From Desulfarculia bacterium (lineage in GTDB: Bacteria; Desulfobacterota; Desulfarculia; G963662305), in NCBI GenBank assembly GCA_963662305.1, contig OY759351.1, positions 960,428-1,024,427 of the forward strand: 64,000 nt of DNA, written 5' to 3'. The translations under genes were made by a program, and so were the position numbers. Under the pieces are notes generated by a model that saw only the letters and a list, made by a program, of their open reading frames with translations, was not told where the DNA came from and ran no database searches. Below, in pieces: positions 9,632 through 19,578 of the stretch (the stretch's first letter is position 1; the number at the start of each line of letters is the position of its first letter).

Positions 9632-9803
9632 AAGACACTTCAAATCAATTCTGCTGCGGACGGCTTGCTTTCCCAGAGACTTCGTTGGCAGGCCCAAAAC
9701 ATTCTCGCCGTAGCTTAGCTACGACTGCGAGTGTTTTGGACCTGCCGCCTTGCCTCTGGGAAATCCGCTCGTCCTTGCCACGAAACGATTTGAAGTGTTT
9801 TCT
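9630..9803. repeat. 174-nt imperfect palindrome (arms of about 85 nt) in the cysS-uvrB spacer
   Basis: AGAAGACACTTCAAATC...GATTTGAAGTGTTTTCT. The reverse complement of the right arm aligns to the left arm with many matches, centred near 9716. Confidence 0.7.
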
Positions 9804-9889
9804 AACAAGGCGTAATAGTCGTACTGCCGGTTTGCTTTAGGGAATCTGAAGGCCGCAACAGGTTTTCTCAATACGATCCCGGAGAATAG

Positions 9890-11878
9890 ATGCCCAATAA
9901 ATTCAAACTTGTCTCCGACTACCGCCCCCGGGGCGACCAGCCCCGGGCCATAGAGGCCCTGGTCCGGGGACTGGAGAACAACAAGCCCCGCCAGGTCCTC
10001 CTGGGCGTCACCGGCTCGGGCAAGACCTATACCATGGCCAACGTCATCGCCGCCGGGGAGCGTCCGGCCCTGGTCATGGCCCCTAACAAGACCCTGGCCG
10101 CCCAGCTCTACGCCGAGTTCAAATCCCTGTTTCCGGAAAACGCGGTGGAGTATTTCGTCTCCTATTACGACTACTACCAGCCCGAGGCCTATGTCCCGGC
10201 CAGCGACACCTATATCGAAAAGGACGCCTCCATCAACGAGGAGATCGACAAGCTCCGTTTGTCCGCCACCCGCTCCCTTCTGGAGCGCAACGACGTTATA
10301 ATCGTGGCCTCGGTGTCGTGCATCTACGGCCTGGGCTCGCCCGAGGCCTACTACGGGTTGATCCTCCAGCTCAGGGAGGGGATGGAGGTGGACCGGAGGG
10401 AGATGCTGGCCAAACTGGTGGAGATCCAGTACAAGCGCAACGACGCCGACTTCCACCGGGGGACCTTCCGGGTCAGGGGCGACACGGTGGAAATATTCCC
10501 GGCCTACGAATCGGAGAAGGCGCTTCGGATCAGCATGTTCGGGGACGAAGTGGAGGGCATCTACGAGATCGACCCCCTCCGGGGCAGGGTCCTCAATCAA
10601 TTCGACCTGGTGACCATCTACCCGGCCAGCCACTATGTGGTGGGCCAGGTGACCAAGAAGCAGGCCACGGCCTCCATCGAGGCGGAGCTCACGGAGCGGC
10701 TGGCCGTGCTCAAGGCCGAGAACAGGCTCCTGGAGTACCAGCGCCTGGAGCAGCGGACCCGGTTCGATCTGGAGATGCTCAAGGAGATCGGCTACTGCCA
10801 GGGCATCGAGAACTACTCCCGCCACCTCACCGGCCGGGAGCCGGGCCAGCCCCCGCCCACCCTGATCGACTATCTGCCCGCCGAGTCTTTGGTCTTTCTG
10901 GACGAGTCCCACATCACCGTGCCCCAGCTCATCGGCATGTATAGGGGCGACCAGTCCCGCAAGAGAACCCTGGTGGAGTACGGCTTCCGGCTGCCCTCGG
11001 CCCTGGACAACCGGCCCCTGCGGTTCGAGGAGTTCAACACCCTGGTCAAACGGCTCGTCTATGTTTCGGCCACCCCGGCCGATTACGAGCTGGAGGTTTC
11101 GGAAGGGGTCACGGCCGAGCAGGTCATCCGCCCCACCGGGCTGACCGACCCGCTCATGGAGATCCGACCGGCCGAAACCCAGGTGGACGACCTTCTGGCC
11201 GAGATCCGCAAGCGGGCGGCTCGCAATGAGCGGACCCTGGTCACCACCCTGACCAAACGGCTGGCCGAGGAGCTGACCGAGTACTACTCCGGGGTGGGGG
11301 TCAAGGTCCGCTATCTCCACTCCGACGTGGACACCCTGGAACGGGTGGCCATCCTGCGCGACCTGCGCCGGGGCGAGTTCGACGTGCTCATCGGGATCAA
11401 CCTGCTGCGGGAAGGGCTGGACCTGCCCGAGGTCTCCCTGGTGGCCATCCTGGACGCGGACAAGGAGGGCTTTCTGCGCTCGGAGCGGTCCCTGATCCAG
11501 ACCGCGGGCCGGGCCGCCCGGAACGTGGAGGGGAAAGTTTTGCTTTATGCCTCCAAGCTGACCGCGGCCATGGACGGGGCCATGACCGAGACCCACCGTC
11601 GCCGGGAGATCCAGCAGGCCTATAACGAATCCCACGGCATCACCCCGGAGACGGTCAAGAAGAAGATCGGGGATCTGCTGACCTCGGTGGAGGAGCGGGA
11701 TTACGTGACCGTGCCCCTGGAAGAGGACGAGGGCATCCTGCCCCACGAGCTGCCCAAGAAGATCAAGAAGCTGAAAAAAGAGATGAGAAACGCGGCCGAG
11801 CAGCTGGAGTTCGAGACCGCAGCCGTGCTCCGGGACCGGATCAGGAAGTTGGAGGAACTGGAGTTGAGGTGGAAATAG
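9890..11878 (+). CDS. uvrB: excinuclease ABC subunit B
   Basis: GVTGSGKT Walker A, helicase motifs, C-terminal UVR domain. Confidence 0.9.
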   Translation: MPNKFKLVSDYRPRGDQPRAIEALVRGLENNKPRQVLLGVTGSGKTYTMANVIAAGERPALVMAPNKTLAAQLYAEFKSLFPENAVEYFVSYYDYYQPEAYVPASDTYIEKDASINEEIDKLRLSATRSLLERNDVIIVASVSCIYGLGSPEAYYGLILQLREGMEVDRREMLAKLVEIQYKRNDADFHRGTFRVRGDTVEIFPAYESEKALRISMFGDEVEGIYEIDPLRGRVLNQFDLVTIYPASHYVVGQVTKKQATASIEAELTERLAVLKAENRLLEYQRLEQRTRFDLEMLKEIGYCQGIENYSRHLTGREPGQPPPTLIDYLPAESLVFLDESHITVPQLIGMYRGDQSRKRTLVEYGFRLPSALDNRPLRFEEFNTLVKRLVYVSATPADYELEVSEGVTAEQVIRPTGLTDPLMEIRPAETQVDDLLAEIRKRAARNERTLVTTLTKRLAEELTEYYSGVGVKVRYLHSDVDTLERVAILRDLRRGEFDVLIGINLLREGLDLPEVSLVAILDADKEGFLRSERSLIQTAGRAARNVEGKVLLYASKLTAAMDGAMTETHRRREIQQAYNESHGITPETVKKKIGDLLTSVEERDYVTVPLEEDEGILPHELPKKIKKLKKEMRNAAEQLEFETAAVLRDRIRKLEELELRWK

Positions 11879-11906
11879 GTCTTCTGCCGGATAACAGCCA
11901 GAACAA

Positions 11907-11930
11907 AAGGCGAGGCCGCCTTCAGATTTA
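11907..11930 (+). terminator. possible intrinsic terminator after uvrB (weak T-tract)
   Basis: Hairpin aaggcg-aggc-cgcctt followed by cagatttatt. Confidence 0.3.
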
Positions 11931-12236
11931 TTGTCACTAGACGGTTTATGGAGCATGTCTCCGGCTCCGGAAATATATTAAATTGATAGTCGGATTAACG
12001 AAACAATCATCTAACCGCTCTCCATAAAGTAAAATATTAATTGTTTATGATTGACAGGACGGGTATGCGGACTTTAGATTTAAATAATATTTACCTCCAG
12101 GGCGCCCGCAGTGTGTTGCCGAAGATGATGAGGATCAGGTGGTTTGTATCGTCTAAAGAGGGCCATGACAAGGCTGTTGTTGATTTAAAGGGAAAATTGA
12201 CATTAATCAGTTCATTGCAAAAAGGAGGAAGCGGCG

Positions 12237-12395
12237 ATGGCAATGGTAACTGTATGTGAGAGATGCGGAAAGAAGAAAAAATGCGCCCGCTGTCCCAGCT
12301 GCGGAGGATGGTTTTGCGCAGCCTGCTCCCCTCCGCCCCACCCTTTGTCTTTTTCTGCTCACTGCCCAAATTGCAGGGTTAAACTAAAAGGTTAG
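12237..12395 (+). CDS. small (52 aa) cysteine-rich zinc-ribbon-like protein
   Basis: The ORF is not in the supplied track because it is shorter than 60 aa. AGGAGG lies 7 nt before ATG 12237. Sequence MAMVTVCERCGKKKKCARCPSCGGWFCAACSPPPHPLSFSAHCPNCRVKLKG has nine Cys in CxxC pairs. It sits in an AT-rich islet. Confidence 0.4.
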   Translation: MAMVTVCERCGKKKKCARCPSCGGWFCAACSPPPHPLSFSAHCPNCRVKLKG

Positions 12396-12517
12396 CATCC
12401 AAGCTTCGGCGCAGCATTTTATTTGTTGGGGGCAGGATGACCATAGGCACGCTAATTGTGTGTTGAGCCGTTGCTATGACCTGATTTATTGTTGATCTGA
12501 AAACAAAATACCTAAAA

Positions 12518-13793
12518 TCAGTTCTGTCCGGCTAGGCGAAGCATAGATTTAACTGATTGTTATTGTGGGTTAAATGATTATTAAAGCTGGGCGGTTGAAG
12601 TAATTTCTGGATGGTGCAGCGTCTGAAGAGGTTGAGTTGAAGGAGTTGAGCCAGTTGCTGAAGGCTTAATCCGAGGGGACAAAGGAACTTGAGGTAGCAG
12701 AGCAAAAGGTAAGCAATCAAGGCCACATAGACCTGAGAAAGAACGGCATTGGGGGAGTTGCCGATAAAGGATTCGATCTTCAGGTTCTGCTTGATGAAGC
12801 GGAAGAAGGTCTCTATCTGCCAGCGTTCCTTGTAGATGTCGGCGATGGTCCTGGCCGAGAGATCGAAGTAGTTGGTCAAAAAGACGTAATGCTTGCCGGT
12901 CTCCTTGTCGCGGTAACCGACTCTTCGCAAGGCCACCGGGTAATCGGCCCATTTGGCCCCTGTAAGCCAGATGACCTGGTCGGAGGTGACGCCCAAACGG
13001 CGGTTGACTCTGTTGCGCTTGACGACCTTGTAGCGAGTGTTTGTTTTCATCCTGGTGACAAAGAAGACACCTTGGCTGGTCAGGGAAAAAAGCCAGGCAA
13101 AGGCGATGTAGGCCTTGTCCATGGCCACAATCGACTCCTTTGGAAGGCGCATGGATCGGGCGGTCTTGGACTCATGACGTTTGGCTTCGGAAATTGAAAC
13201 AAAGGCAGGCAGATAGCCGTCATGATCCAGCAGGGTGTTGATTTTAATGCCGGCCTTAGTCTTTCGAAACCTGGCCCAAGGGAAGAGGCTCAGGCAGAGA
13301 CTGATCGTGGTCGCATCCAAGGAGAACAGCTTGTTTTTAAACTTAAACTTGTGCTTGGGAGCGATGGGCCGACAGCGGCTGTAGACCCGTCCGAACAGGG
13401 CCTCGAAGAAGGAGGCCGGCCGCCTTTCATTGGCCTCGGCAAAGGTGGACCGGACTACTGGTTGGGTACCTAAGTGGTAGAGATTATTGCTCCTGGAGCG
13501 CATGGACCTGACCCCGTCACGGAGCGAGGATCGGCCGGTCAGTTGGATGGCCATGAGGTGAACGAACTGGTCCCAGCGGCTGAATTTGCGGGCCTTGCGG
13601 CCGCTCCCGTGGGCTTTGTCCAGGGTGCTGAAAACATGTCTCGGTACAATCTTGAGCATCTGGGAGAGGATCGTGCTACAATGAGCCATGGCCTGATTTG
13701 TCCTTTCCGATCGGTGAGTTATGCGCAACACCATTATATCGGAATGCCGGATGAATCGGGCCATTTTCTCAACCCTTAACCGGACAGGGCTGA
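12518..13793 (-). mobile_element. IS4-family insertion sequence, apparently intact, with terminal inverted repeats and a 7-8 bp target-site duplication
   Basis: The ends are TCAGTTCTGTCCGGCTAGG (low coordinate) and the reverse complement of TCAGCCCTGTCCGGTTAAGG (high coordinate). CCTAAAA(T) is directly repeated at 12511-12518 and 13794-13801. Confidence 0.8.
12532..13764 (-). CDS. IS4-family DDE transposase
   Basis: 410-aa ORF with the DDE-transposase layout, including a C-terminal YKERWQIETFFRFIKQNL motif characteristic of IS4-type transposases. Confidence 0.85.
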   Translation of the reverse strand: MARFIRHSDIMVLRITHRSERTNQAMAHCSTILSQMLKIVPRHVFSTLDKAHGSGRKARKFSRWDQFVHLMAIQLTGRSSLRDGVRSMRSRSNNLYHLGTQPVVRSTFAEANERRPASFFEALFGRVYSRCRPIAPKHKFKFKNKLFSLDATTISLCLSLFPWARFRKTKAGIKINTLLDHDGYLPAFVSISEAKRHESKTARSMRLPKESIVAMDKAYIAFAWLFSLTSQGVFFVTRMKTNTRYKVVKRNRVNRRLGVTSDQVIWLTGAKWADYPVALRRVGYRDKETGKHYVFLTNYFDLSARTIADIYKERWQIETFFRFIKQNLKIESFIGNSPNAVLSQVYVALIAYLLLCYLKFLCPLGLSLQQLAQLLQLNLFRRCTIQKLLQPPSFNNHLTHNNNQLNLCFA

Positions 13794-14011
13794 CCTAAAA
13801 TATTCATGCTGTGCTTTAACAAAATCGAATACGGTGCTGCGGTTCCGGCCCGAGATAGAGACGCAGAGCCGGTTTCTGTGTCTTTGCTTTCTCCAGTCCG
13901 ACTGTTATTTTTCCGGATGCCTCCGGCGGTCCCTTTGGGGAGGGCAAAGGGTCTCTACGCTTTTTAGAGTGTTTGTCAGAATAACGTTCCGATTCAAAAG
14001 CTGAATGTGCT

Positions 14012-14036
14012 GCCGGGGTCACACCCCGGCAGCCGA
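14012..14036. repeat. GC-rich perfect palindrome related to the REP-like family
   Basis: gctgccgggg-tcaca-ccccggcagc; shares ggggtcacacccc with the 26601 locus. Confidence 0.5.
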
Positions 14037-14332
14037 ATCGGAACAGATTTATGACATTCGCTCTAGATGTCCCGAAGTTCGCCGGCCCTTCGCAACTCCG
14101 CTTGCCAAAAAAATTCTTGCTCAGATTATCGGGCCAATAAAGGATGAACCCGCTTTCGGTGTCGTTTCCCGGCGAACCACCTGCCCGAGGAGTCTTTATG
14201 AAAATTATTCAGCTGATCGACAAGGAGTAAACGATGTTCGCGACCGGACCACAGGTCGGTTGGGGAATGCCTCCGCGTGGTTTGGAAAGCGCCTTCCGGC
14301 AACTGAGGTTGAACCTGTTTTCGGCGAAAGGC

Positions 14333-15520
14333 TCAGTAATATAGAACCTGTCCGGGTTGCAGGGTGGTGGTTTTAAGGTTGTTGATTCCCACCAGATGGG
14401 TTGGGGAGACCCCCAGGCGGCGGGCCACCTTGGTCAGGTTGTCCCCGGCCACGACCACGTATCTCTTTCTCGATGTTTGCTTCTTGGGATCAGCCTCCCT
14501 GGGGCTCGGGGAGGCATATTTGCCGCTGAGTCCGGCCAGCCGCTCCTCGAATCCATCCGCGCCTTTCTGGGGAAGGCTGATCCAGTGCAGTCCGGGCTGG
14601 AGATAGCGGCCCTGGATGTCAGGGTTCAGCTCTTTTATCTCCTTGTAATAAGTTCCGGCGGCCTCGGCTATGGTCCGGAGGTGAGTCTTCCGCTTGAGCT
14701 TGAGGGCCACGGTCTTGACCTCCAGGGGAGGATAGAGCCTGATCTGCTTGAGGTCGTAACCGTACTTTTCCGGATTTTCCAGGATTATCTTGGCCGACAG
14801 GATACGGAAGATATACCGCTCCGTCTCCAGGGGCAGGTCTAGGAGGAAGTAGTCGTTTACTCCCTGCTGCTCGAGCTCCTCCCCGACCCGCTTCTCCCCG
14901 CAGTTGTAGGCGGCCATGGCCAGGGCCCAGGAGCCGAACATCTCGTGGAGATCCTTGAGGTAGCTCAGGGCCGCCCTGGTGGAGGCCTCCAGGTCCAGCC
15001 GCTCGTCCTTGTGCCGGGATTTCTGGAGGCCGTAGCGCCGCCCTGTGGATTTGATGAACTGCCAGAATCCGGCCGCTCCGGCCGGGGAATAGGCGTAGGT
15101 TTTCAAGGCCGACTCGGCCACGGCCAGATATTTGATGTCGTCGGGCAGCCCGGCCTGGCGGAGAGCCCTGGAGATGGACTCGAAGTGGCGGTTGGCCCGT
15201 TTCAGCCACATGATTACCTGAGCCTGATCGTAGACCGCCAGTTGGAACTCCCGGTCCAGCATCTCGTAGACCGCCTGACGATGGATGGGGACCGGCTCTC
15301 CGCAGAGCTCAAGCTTGGTGGGAAGTTGGTAGATGGGAAAATGAAATCGGGGGGCGCTCCGGGCCGGAGGCTCCGGCACCGGGGCCGGGTCCACCGGACC
15401 CTGGCCCAGGCTGGGACAAGGCAGCAGAAATAGAAACAGGGCCAGGACGGAAACGAGTTTTCTCAGGTCCGCTCCGGGTCGAAAGATTTCAGGTTTTTCC
15501 TTTCTTATCCGGATCTCCAT
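14333..15520 (-). CDS. mltD: membrane-bound lytic transglycosylase (MltD-like) with C-terminal LysM
   Basis: Signal peptide; SLT catalytic motif AVAESAL...AGFWQF; C-terminal LysM (YVVVAGDNLTKVARRLGVSPTHLVGIN). Confidence 0.8.
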   Translation of the reverse strand: MEIRIRKEKPEIFRPGADLRKLVSVLALFLFLLPCPSLGQGPVDPAPVPEPPARSAPRFHFPIYQLPTKLELCGEPVPIHRQAVYEMLDREFQLAVYDQAQVIMWLKRANRHFESISRALRQAGLPDDIKYLAVAESALKTYAYSPAGAAGFWQFIKSTGRRYGLQKSRHKDERLDLEASTRAALSYLKDLHEMFGSWALAMAAYNCGEKRVGEELEQQGVNDYFLLDLPLETERYIFRILSAKIILENPEKYGYDLKQIRLYPPLEVKTVALKLKRKTHLRTIAEAAGTYYKEIKELNPDIQGRYLQPGLHWISLPQKGADGFEERLAGLSGKYASPSPREADPKKQTSRKRYVVVAGDNLTKVARRLGVSPTHLVGINNLKTTTLQPGQVLYY

Positions 15521-15631
15521 TTCCTTTCCGCCGCCCGGTGCTGGTCCGGAACCGGCTCCCCTATCCCTTCCCGGATCGGCAACGGTGCAGCTGGGCCCGC
15601 ATGTGTAGCCTACCCGTTCGGGTAAAGAGGA

Positions 15632-16063
15632 TCAACTCCGGACTATCTCCAGGGCGTTGAAGAAATAGCCGATCTCGTAGGCCGCCGTCTCCGGCGCGTC
15701 GGAGCCGTGAGTCGCGTTCTGCTCCACGTTGGTCCCGAATTTTTTGCGGATGGTTCCCTCGGCAGCCTCGGCCGGGTTGGTGGCGCCCATGGTCTCCCGC
15801 CATTTCTTGATGGCGTTCTCGGCGGCCAGGACCATGACCACGCAGGGGCCGGAGGACATGAAATCGGTCAGGCTGTCGAAAAAGGGCCGTTCCTTGTGCA
15901 CGGCGTAGAAACCCTGGGCCTGGGCTTTAGTCAGGTGCAGAAGCTTCATCCCGGCCAGCTTGAATCCGGCTGCGGTGATGGCGCTCAGGATGGGGCCCGC
16001 GTTTCCGGCGGCTACGGCGTCGGGTTTGATGATGGCGAAAGTCAGTTCCAATTCATCCTCCAC
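15632..16063 (-). CDS. ndk: nucleoside diphosphate kinase
   Basis: [11 protein letters not shown]... NATHGSD active-site His motif. Confidence 0.9.
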   Translation of the reverse strand: MEDELELTFAIIKPDAVAAGNAGPILSAITAAGFKLAGMKLLHLTKAQAQGFYAVHKERPFFDSLTDFMSSGPCVVMVLAAENAIKKWRETMGATNPAEAAEGTIRKKFGTNVEQNATHGSDAPETAAYEIGYFFNALEIVRS

Positions 16064-16248
16064 TCATGGAAAAAAGGATTCCCGAACCAGTCGGCGGCCG
16101 GGAGTTTGATTGTCTGTAAGGAATATCTTCCAGAGCGCGCTTCCCCAGGGCTTGGGCCGAACCGGCCAGACGGCGCATGGTGGGGGCGCATCGCATCCGC
16201 CCCGAATGTACCCTTGTTCCATTGATTCCACAAGGGTAACGGGCATCA

Positions 16249-16265
16249 TTTTTTTTTGGGGGGGG
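16249..16265. repeat. homopolymer tract T9G8, about 185 nt upstream of ndk
   Basis: tttttttttgggggggg is read directly in the ndk / ABC-ATPase intergenic region. Confidence 0.8.
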
Positions 16266-16365
16266 AGTGGGGCGGCCGGGCTCATTATCGGCGTCCAGCC
16301 AGGTTCACCAGGCCTGGGCCGGGGCAATCGGGTCCACAATCAATTCCGCGTTTCTGAGGCCCGCC

Positions 16366-17169
16366 CTACTCCTCCCCGGCGGTGAACAGGGTCTCGTCCT
16401 TGAGGGTCTGACCGAACTTGGAGACCACCTCGGTCACGGTCAGGCCGGTTTTCTCCTCCCCCTCCACGTCCATCTGAACCCGGCCCTGGTGGAGCATGAT
16501 CATCCGGTTGCCGTAGCGGATGGCCTGGTTCATGTTGTGAGTCACCATGAGGGTGGTCAGGTTATGCCGGGCCACCATCTTCTCGGTCAGATCCATGACC
16601 TTTTTGGCCGTCTTGGGGTCCAGGGCCGCAGTGTGCTCGTCCAGGAGAAGCAGCCGAGGCGGGGTCAGGGTGGTCATGAGCAGGGACAGGGACTGGCGTT
16701 GGCCCCCGGAAAGGAGCCCCACCTTGTCCTTGAGCCGGTTTTCCAGGCCCAGTTCCAGGATCTTGAGGATCTCCCGGTAGCGTTTACGCCGGGATTTGGT
16801 GACGCCCCATCGGAGCCCCCGTTTTTTGCCCCGGAGTTCGGCCATGGCCAGGTTCTCCTCAATGGACATCTGTCCGGCCGTGCCCAAGGTCGGGTTCTGG
16901 AAGACCCTGGCCAGATGGCAGGCCATGCAGTAGTCCGGAGAGGTGGTCACATCCTCGTCGCCGATGACAATGTTTCCCCCGTCGGGCTGATGAGTTCCGG
17001 CAACCACGTTGAGCAGGGTGGACTTACCGGCCCCGTTGGAGCCGATGATGGTGATGAAATCCCCCTCCCGGACCTCCAGGCTGAGCCTGTCCAGGGCTTT
17101 TTTTTCGTCCTGAGTGCCGGGGTTGAAAATCTTGGTGACGTCCTTTATCGACAGCAGCGAGCGGGCCAC
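16366..17169 (-). CDS. ABC transporter ATP-binding protein (COG1101-type)
   Basis: Walker A GSNGAGKST, signature LSGGQRQ, Walker B LLLDEH. Confidence 0.8.
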   Translation of the reverse strand: MARSLLSIKDVTKIFNPGTQDEKKALDRLSLEVREGDFITIIGSNGAGKSTLLNVVAGTHQPDGGNIVIGDEDVTTSPDYCMACHLARVFQNPTLGTAGQMSIEENLAMAELRGKKRGLRWGVTKSRRKRYREILKILELGLENRLKDKVGLLSGGQRQSLSLLMTTLTPPRLLLLDEHTAALDPKTAKKVMDLTEKMVARHNLTTLMVTHNMNQAIRYGNRMIMLHQGRVQMDVEGEEKTGLTVTEVVSKFGQTLKDETLFTAGEE

Positions 17170-17171
17170 GG

Positions 17172-18272
17172 CTAAACCCCCCTGAGGTGGATCTTGGCCT
17201 CTTTCTGGCCCCTGATCGCGGGGACGCCCAAGGCCAGGATGACCATCAGCCCGGTGGCCAGTTTGAGATCCGTGGGGGCCAGGCCCAGCCGCAGACCGAT
17301 CACAATAATGGCCCGGTACATCACCGAGCCCAGCACCGCGGCCATGGTCAGCCGCAGCACATCGTCGGGCTTGGCCAGCATCTCGATAAGGGTGTTGATC
17401 ACCATCATTCCGAAAGCGATCAGCAGCCCCACCCCGACGACCATCAGTTTGAGATTACCGCTCTCCCAGGGCAGGGCGTAGGACAGCCCGAAGGCGACCA
17501 CGGTGCAAAGCCCCAGCACTCCGGTGAAGCCGGCGCCGTAAGCCTTTCTTTGCTTGACCATGGCCTCGCCGATGATGATCGAGGCCAGCCCGGCCACGAT
17601 CATGCCGATGCCCATGCCCACGTCGGCGAACCCCTGGTCCTGGGAGATGAGGGCCCCGGAGAGAGCCACCATGGCGTTGGACAGGCCCAGCCCGAAGACC
17701 GTGGCCGTGTCGGTGTTGACCCCCAGGGAGCGGATCATGTCCTCGTTATCGCCGGTGGCCCGCAGGGCCAGCCCGTATTCGGTGTGCAGGAACACGTCGG
17801 TCAGGCCCTTGCAGAGAAATACTACCACCATAAAAAACAGAACTATCGGTAAATAGCGGTTGCCCGGCCAGCTCTCCATGAAGGTGAAGACGGTGGTGGC
17901 GTCCAGAAGCTGAATGTTGGCCCGGCCCATGATCCTCAAGTTTACCGAGTAGAGGATGGTCATCATCAGAATTCCGGCCAGCAGGCTGTTGATCTTGAGC
18001 CTGGTGTTGAGCAGGCCGGTCAGACAGCCGGCCATAAAGCCGGCCCCGATCGCGGCCAGACAGGAGATTCCCGGAGAGAGGCCCTCGCTGATCAGCCTGG
18101 CCGCCACCGCCCCTCCCAGGGGAAAGGAACCGTCAACGGTAAGGTCGGGAAAGGAGAGGACCCTGAAGGTCAGGGCGATCCCCAGGGCCACCAGGGCGTA
18201 GGAAAGCCCCTGCTCCAGGGTGATGGGAAGAACCGCACTCAGCATTTTTAGATTTTCCTCAGGTCGGGCCAC
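17172..18272 (-). CDS. ABC transporter permease (COG4120-type); the start may instead be 18245
   Basis: About 10 predicted transmembrane segments; located between the binding protein and the ATPase of the same operon. Confidence 0.75.
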   Translation of the reverse strand: MARPEENLKMLSAVLPITLEQGLSYALVALGIALTFRVLSFPDLTVDGSFPLGGAVAARLISEGLSPGISCLAAIGAGFMAGCLTGLLNTRLKINSLLAGILMMTILYSVNLRIMGRANIQLLDATTVFTFMESWPGNRYLPIVLFFMVVVFLCKGLTDVFLHTEYGLALRATGDNEDMIRSLGVNTDTATVFGLGLSNAMVALSGALISQDQGFADVGMGIGMIVAGLASIIIGEAMVKQRKAYGAGFTGVLGLCTVVAFGLSYALPWESGNLKLMVVGVGLLIAFGMMVINTLIEMLAKPDDVLRLTMAAVLGSVMYRAIIVIGLRLGLAPTDLKLATGLMVILALGVPAIRGQKEAKIHLRGV

Positions 18273-18318
18273 CGCCCGGGGGGGCGCGCTCCTCCCGGAC
18301 GGTATGCTCCAGGGTGGA

Positions 18319-19287
18319 TTATTTTATAACCTCTTTGGCGGTCTTGATCATGTCCTCGGGGATGATAACGCCCTGGGTTTTGGCCGATTTGAGGTTGAGG
18401 TGGAGGTTGAGCTGCTCGGTCTGGCCGGAAGGAACTTCGCTGGGCTTTTTGCCTTTGAGCACCTCCGCAGCCTTTTTGCCGGCGGTGTAGCCTACCTGGA
18501 AGTAGTCGAAGCCCAGGGCGGCCGCAGCCCCCAGCTTGACCTGGTCGGTATTGCCCACAAAAAAGGGAATCTTGTTCTGGTTGGCCACCTTGGTCACCGA
18601 CTGGAGAGCCGAGGCGACCATGTTGTCCGAGGTGATATAGATGCCGTCCACCCGCCCGATGAGGGACTGGGCCGCGGTGTAGACCTCGTTGGAGGAGGAG
18701 ATGGTGACCTCAATCAGCTCCAGGCCGAATTTTTCCATGGCCTCTTTGGTCCAGTCGATGGACTTGACCGAGTTCTGATCCCCGGCGTTGTAGATGGTGC
18801 CCCACTTCTTGGCCTTAGGCACCAGCTCGTGGTAGAGCTTTATCTGCCGCTCAATGGGCCAGGCGTCGGAGACGCCGGTGACGTTGGCGTTGGCCGGATC
18901 GGCGGCCATGGTCTTGACCAGGCCCGCGCCCACCGGGTCGGTGACCGAGGAGTAGACCACAGGCTTGTCCTTGACCACCTTGCAGGCGGCCTGGGCCGTG
19001 GGGGTGGCGATGGCGTGGACCATCTCGATGGACGGGTCGTCGGCGAACTTCTGGGCGATGGTCTGGGCGTTGGCCATCTCGCCCTGGGCGTTCTGATAAT
19101 CGTACTCCGCCTCGATTCCGGCGTCCTTCAGGGCTTTTTCAAAACCTTTCTGATCCGCCTCCAGAGCCGGATGGGAGACGATCACGGTGACCCCGATCTT
19201 GAATTTTTTGGCCTCGCAGGGAGACGGCCCGGCAAACCCTAAGGTCACCAGCAACAAAGCCAGACAAATAACCACACCCCTTTTCAT
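18319..19287 (-). CDS. ABC transporter substrate-binding protein (COG2984-type)
   Basis: Signal peptide MKRGVVICLALLLVTLG and periplasmic binding fold; first gene of the SBP-permease-ATPase triad. Confidence 0.8.
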   Translation of the reverse strand: MKRGVVICLALLLVTLGFAGPSPCEAKKFKIGVTVIVSHPALEADQKGFEKALKDAGIEAEYDYQNAQGEMANAQTIAQKFADDPSIEMVHAIATPTAQAACKVVKDKPVVYSSVTDPVGAGLVKTMAADPANANVTGVSDAWPIERQIKLYHELVPKAKKWGTIYNAGDQNSVKSIDWTKEAMEKFGLELIEVTISSSNEVYTAAQSLIGRVDGIYITSDNMVASALQSVTKVANQNKIPFFVGNTDQVKLGAAAALGFDYFQVGYTAGKKAAEVLKGKKPSEVPSGQTEQLNLHLNLKSAKTQGVIIPEDMIKTAKEVIK

Positions 19288-19409
19288 AAGGAACCCCCTT
19301 TAAAAGGTTAACTTAGAATGTAACTGGTGCATTTGAAGACTAGCAGTACCCAATCCGTTTTTAACAGAATCAGTTACTAGTTGTCAAAAAAAACCGACAG
19401 CCAAAGAGA

Positions 19410-19437
19410 TTGACTCGTAGTGGTGGTAGAGTATATA
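19410..19437 (+). promoter_or_regulatory. sigma70-like promoter (TTGACT, 16-17 nt spacer, TATATA) with an ~140-nt GC-rich leader ahead of the first ykgJ-like gene
   Basis: TTGACT at 19410-19415 and TATATAA at 19432-19438. The leader contains dyads ggcggcgggc...gcccctgccgcc and gagcgc...gcgctc. Confidence 0.4.
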
Positions 19438-19578
19438 AACCCCTTGTCCTCAAAATTAAGGACCGGGCTGATTGCGGCGGCGGGCCTATCCGCCCCTGCC
19501 GCCGAGGCCGGGGAATGAGAACCGAGCGCCTGTGAGTGCGTTTAGGACGCGCTCATCGTCTGTACTGTATTAAAGCCT

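Noticed and set aside
9719-11956. 745-aa minus-strand ORF antisense to uvrB, and similar long antisense ORFs (e.g. 23186-25093, 26978-28069, 28241-30775, 39599-41350)
   Set aside because: These are open frames typical of a high-GC genome. Low-complexity Gly/Pro/Arg-rich translations with no recognisable motifs lie opposite strongly supported genes.
12041-12259. 72-aa ORF in the AT-rich islet
   Set aside because: No ribosome-binding site, no motif, and it overlaps the better-supported 52-aa Cys-rich ORF in another frame.
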